A stretch of DNA of 64,000 nucleotides, taken from assembly GCA_030141605.1 (NCBI GenBank), contig JAQGDQ010000151.1, positions 62,001 to 126,000 of the forward strand, read 5' to 3'. The position numbers and the translations under genes are program-made. The notes below the pieces were generated by a model that saw nothing but the letters and a program-made list of their open reading frames with translations, searched no databases and was not told the DNA's origin. Within the stretch, counting starts at the first letter, position 1. Each line of letters starts with the position of its first letter. Shown here piece after piece: positions 63,456 to 64,000 of this stretch. The stretch is from Tubiluchus corallicola (taxonomy: Eukaryota; Animalia; Priapulida).

Positions 63456-63712
63456 GTGCGTGAAAAATTGTAAAGAAAAGATAAATCCTAATGAGAACCT
63501 GATTTTGCGAGCAGAATGCTCTGATTGCGATGAAGAAGCTTTAGAGTCGATTTCATACGATTGGGAGATTATCCGTGGAAAACCTAATGTTGAGCGGCCG
63601 TATATTGTCTACAATACTAACTTCTATTTAACATACTTTCCTCAGACGGACCACATTACTTTACTAGCAGAGCTTTTCTTTGAAGGATTTGAATACTACA
63701 TAAAACTTAAAG
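63456..63712 (+). CDS. Exon of the REJ-domain gene
   Basis: gacag|G TGC GTG...AAA G|gtatgc; encodes CVKNCKEKINPNENLILRAECSDC...SYDWEI (REJ C..NC...NP...C..C...Y.W motif); phase 2 in. Confidence 0.9.
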
Positions 63713-64000
63713 GTATGCAGTGCATGCTGAAGCTTTTCTACTATTTGTAGCCTAAAGCAAAGAAGTAATTTTTAAATGTACAATAAATACTTTTGATATC
63801 GAATACAAAACCCTTTTAAGTAACGTTTTTCGGATTACTAAATTAGATTGGGGATACATTTGTTAATCGGGAATAAGTTATTCAAATTCATTTCAGTTTT
63901 TAATAACATCTTATAACAGTTGAAAGACATAAAATGACACAACGTTTCAGTTTATCCCAGTGAATTATCTTATTCATTTGTTAGTATTAATTAGGCACAA

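Noticed and set aside
63427-63750. Stand-alone 107-aa gene as given in the ORF track
   Set aside because: It is an internal exon (63456-63712) plus read-through into intron sequence.

Overview
Eukaryotic, AT-rich, probably invertebrate animal genomic DNA, almost entirely nested and decayed transposable elements. The ORF track misses the host gene: four phase-compatible + strand exons (30123-30277, 41673-41773, 59236-59386, 63456-63712) that splice into a REJ-domain (PKD1/polycystin-1-like) peptide across introns of about 11, 17 and 4 kb. Elements present: a full-length Gypsy retrotransposon with non-TG...CA LTR ends (2347-8427), a BEL/Pao element with a 5-bp TSD splitting a LINE ORF1-like sequence (10676-16869), a Gmr1-order (IN before RT) LTR element interrupting an I-group LINE, several LINE remnants, two TIR elements, a DDE transposase remnant, and two decayed Maverick/Polinton (adintovirus-like) pPolB genes plus two Maverick-type small genes. 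The most unusual structure is 21684-30085: about 2.01 head-to-tail copies of a non-coding unit carrying a 45-bp minisatellite with a 135-bp higher-order repeat, bracketed by a 319-bp direct duplication, with a stutter junction at a hairpin. All calls come from reading motifs by eye; no database search was run.
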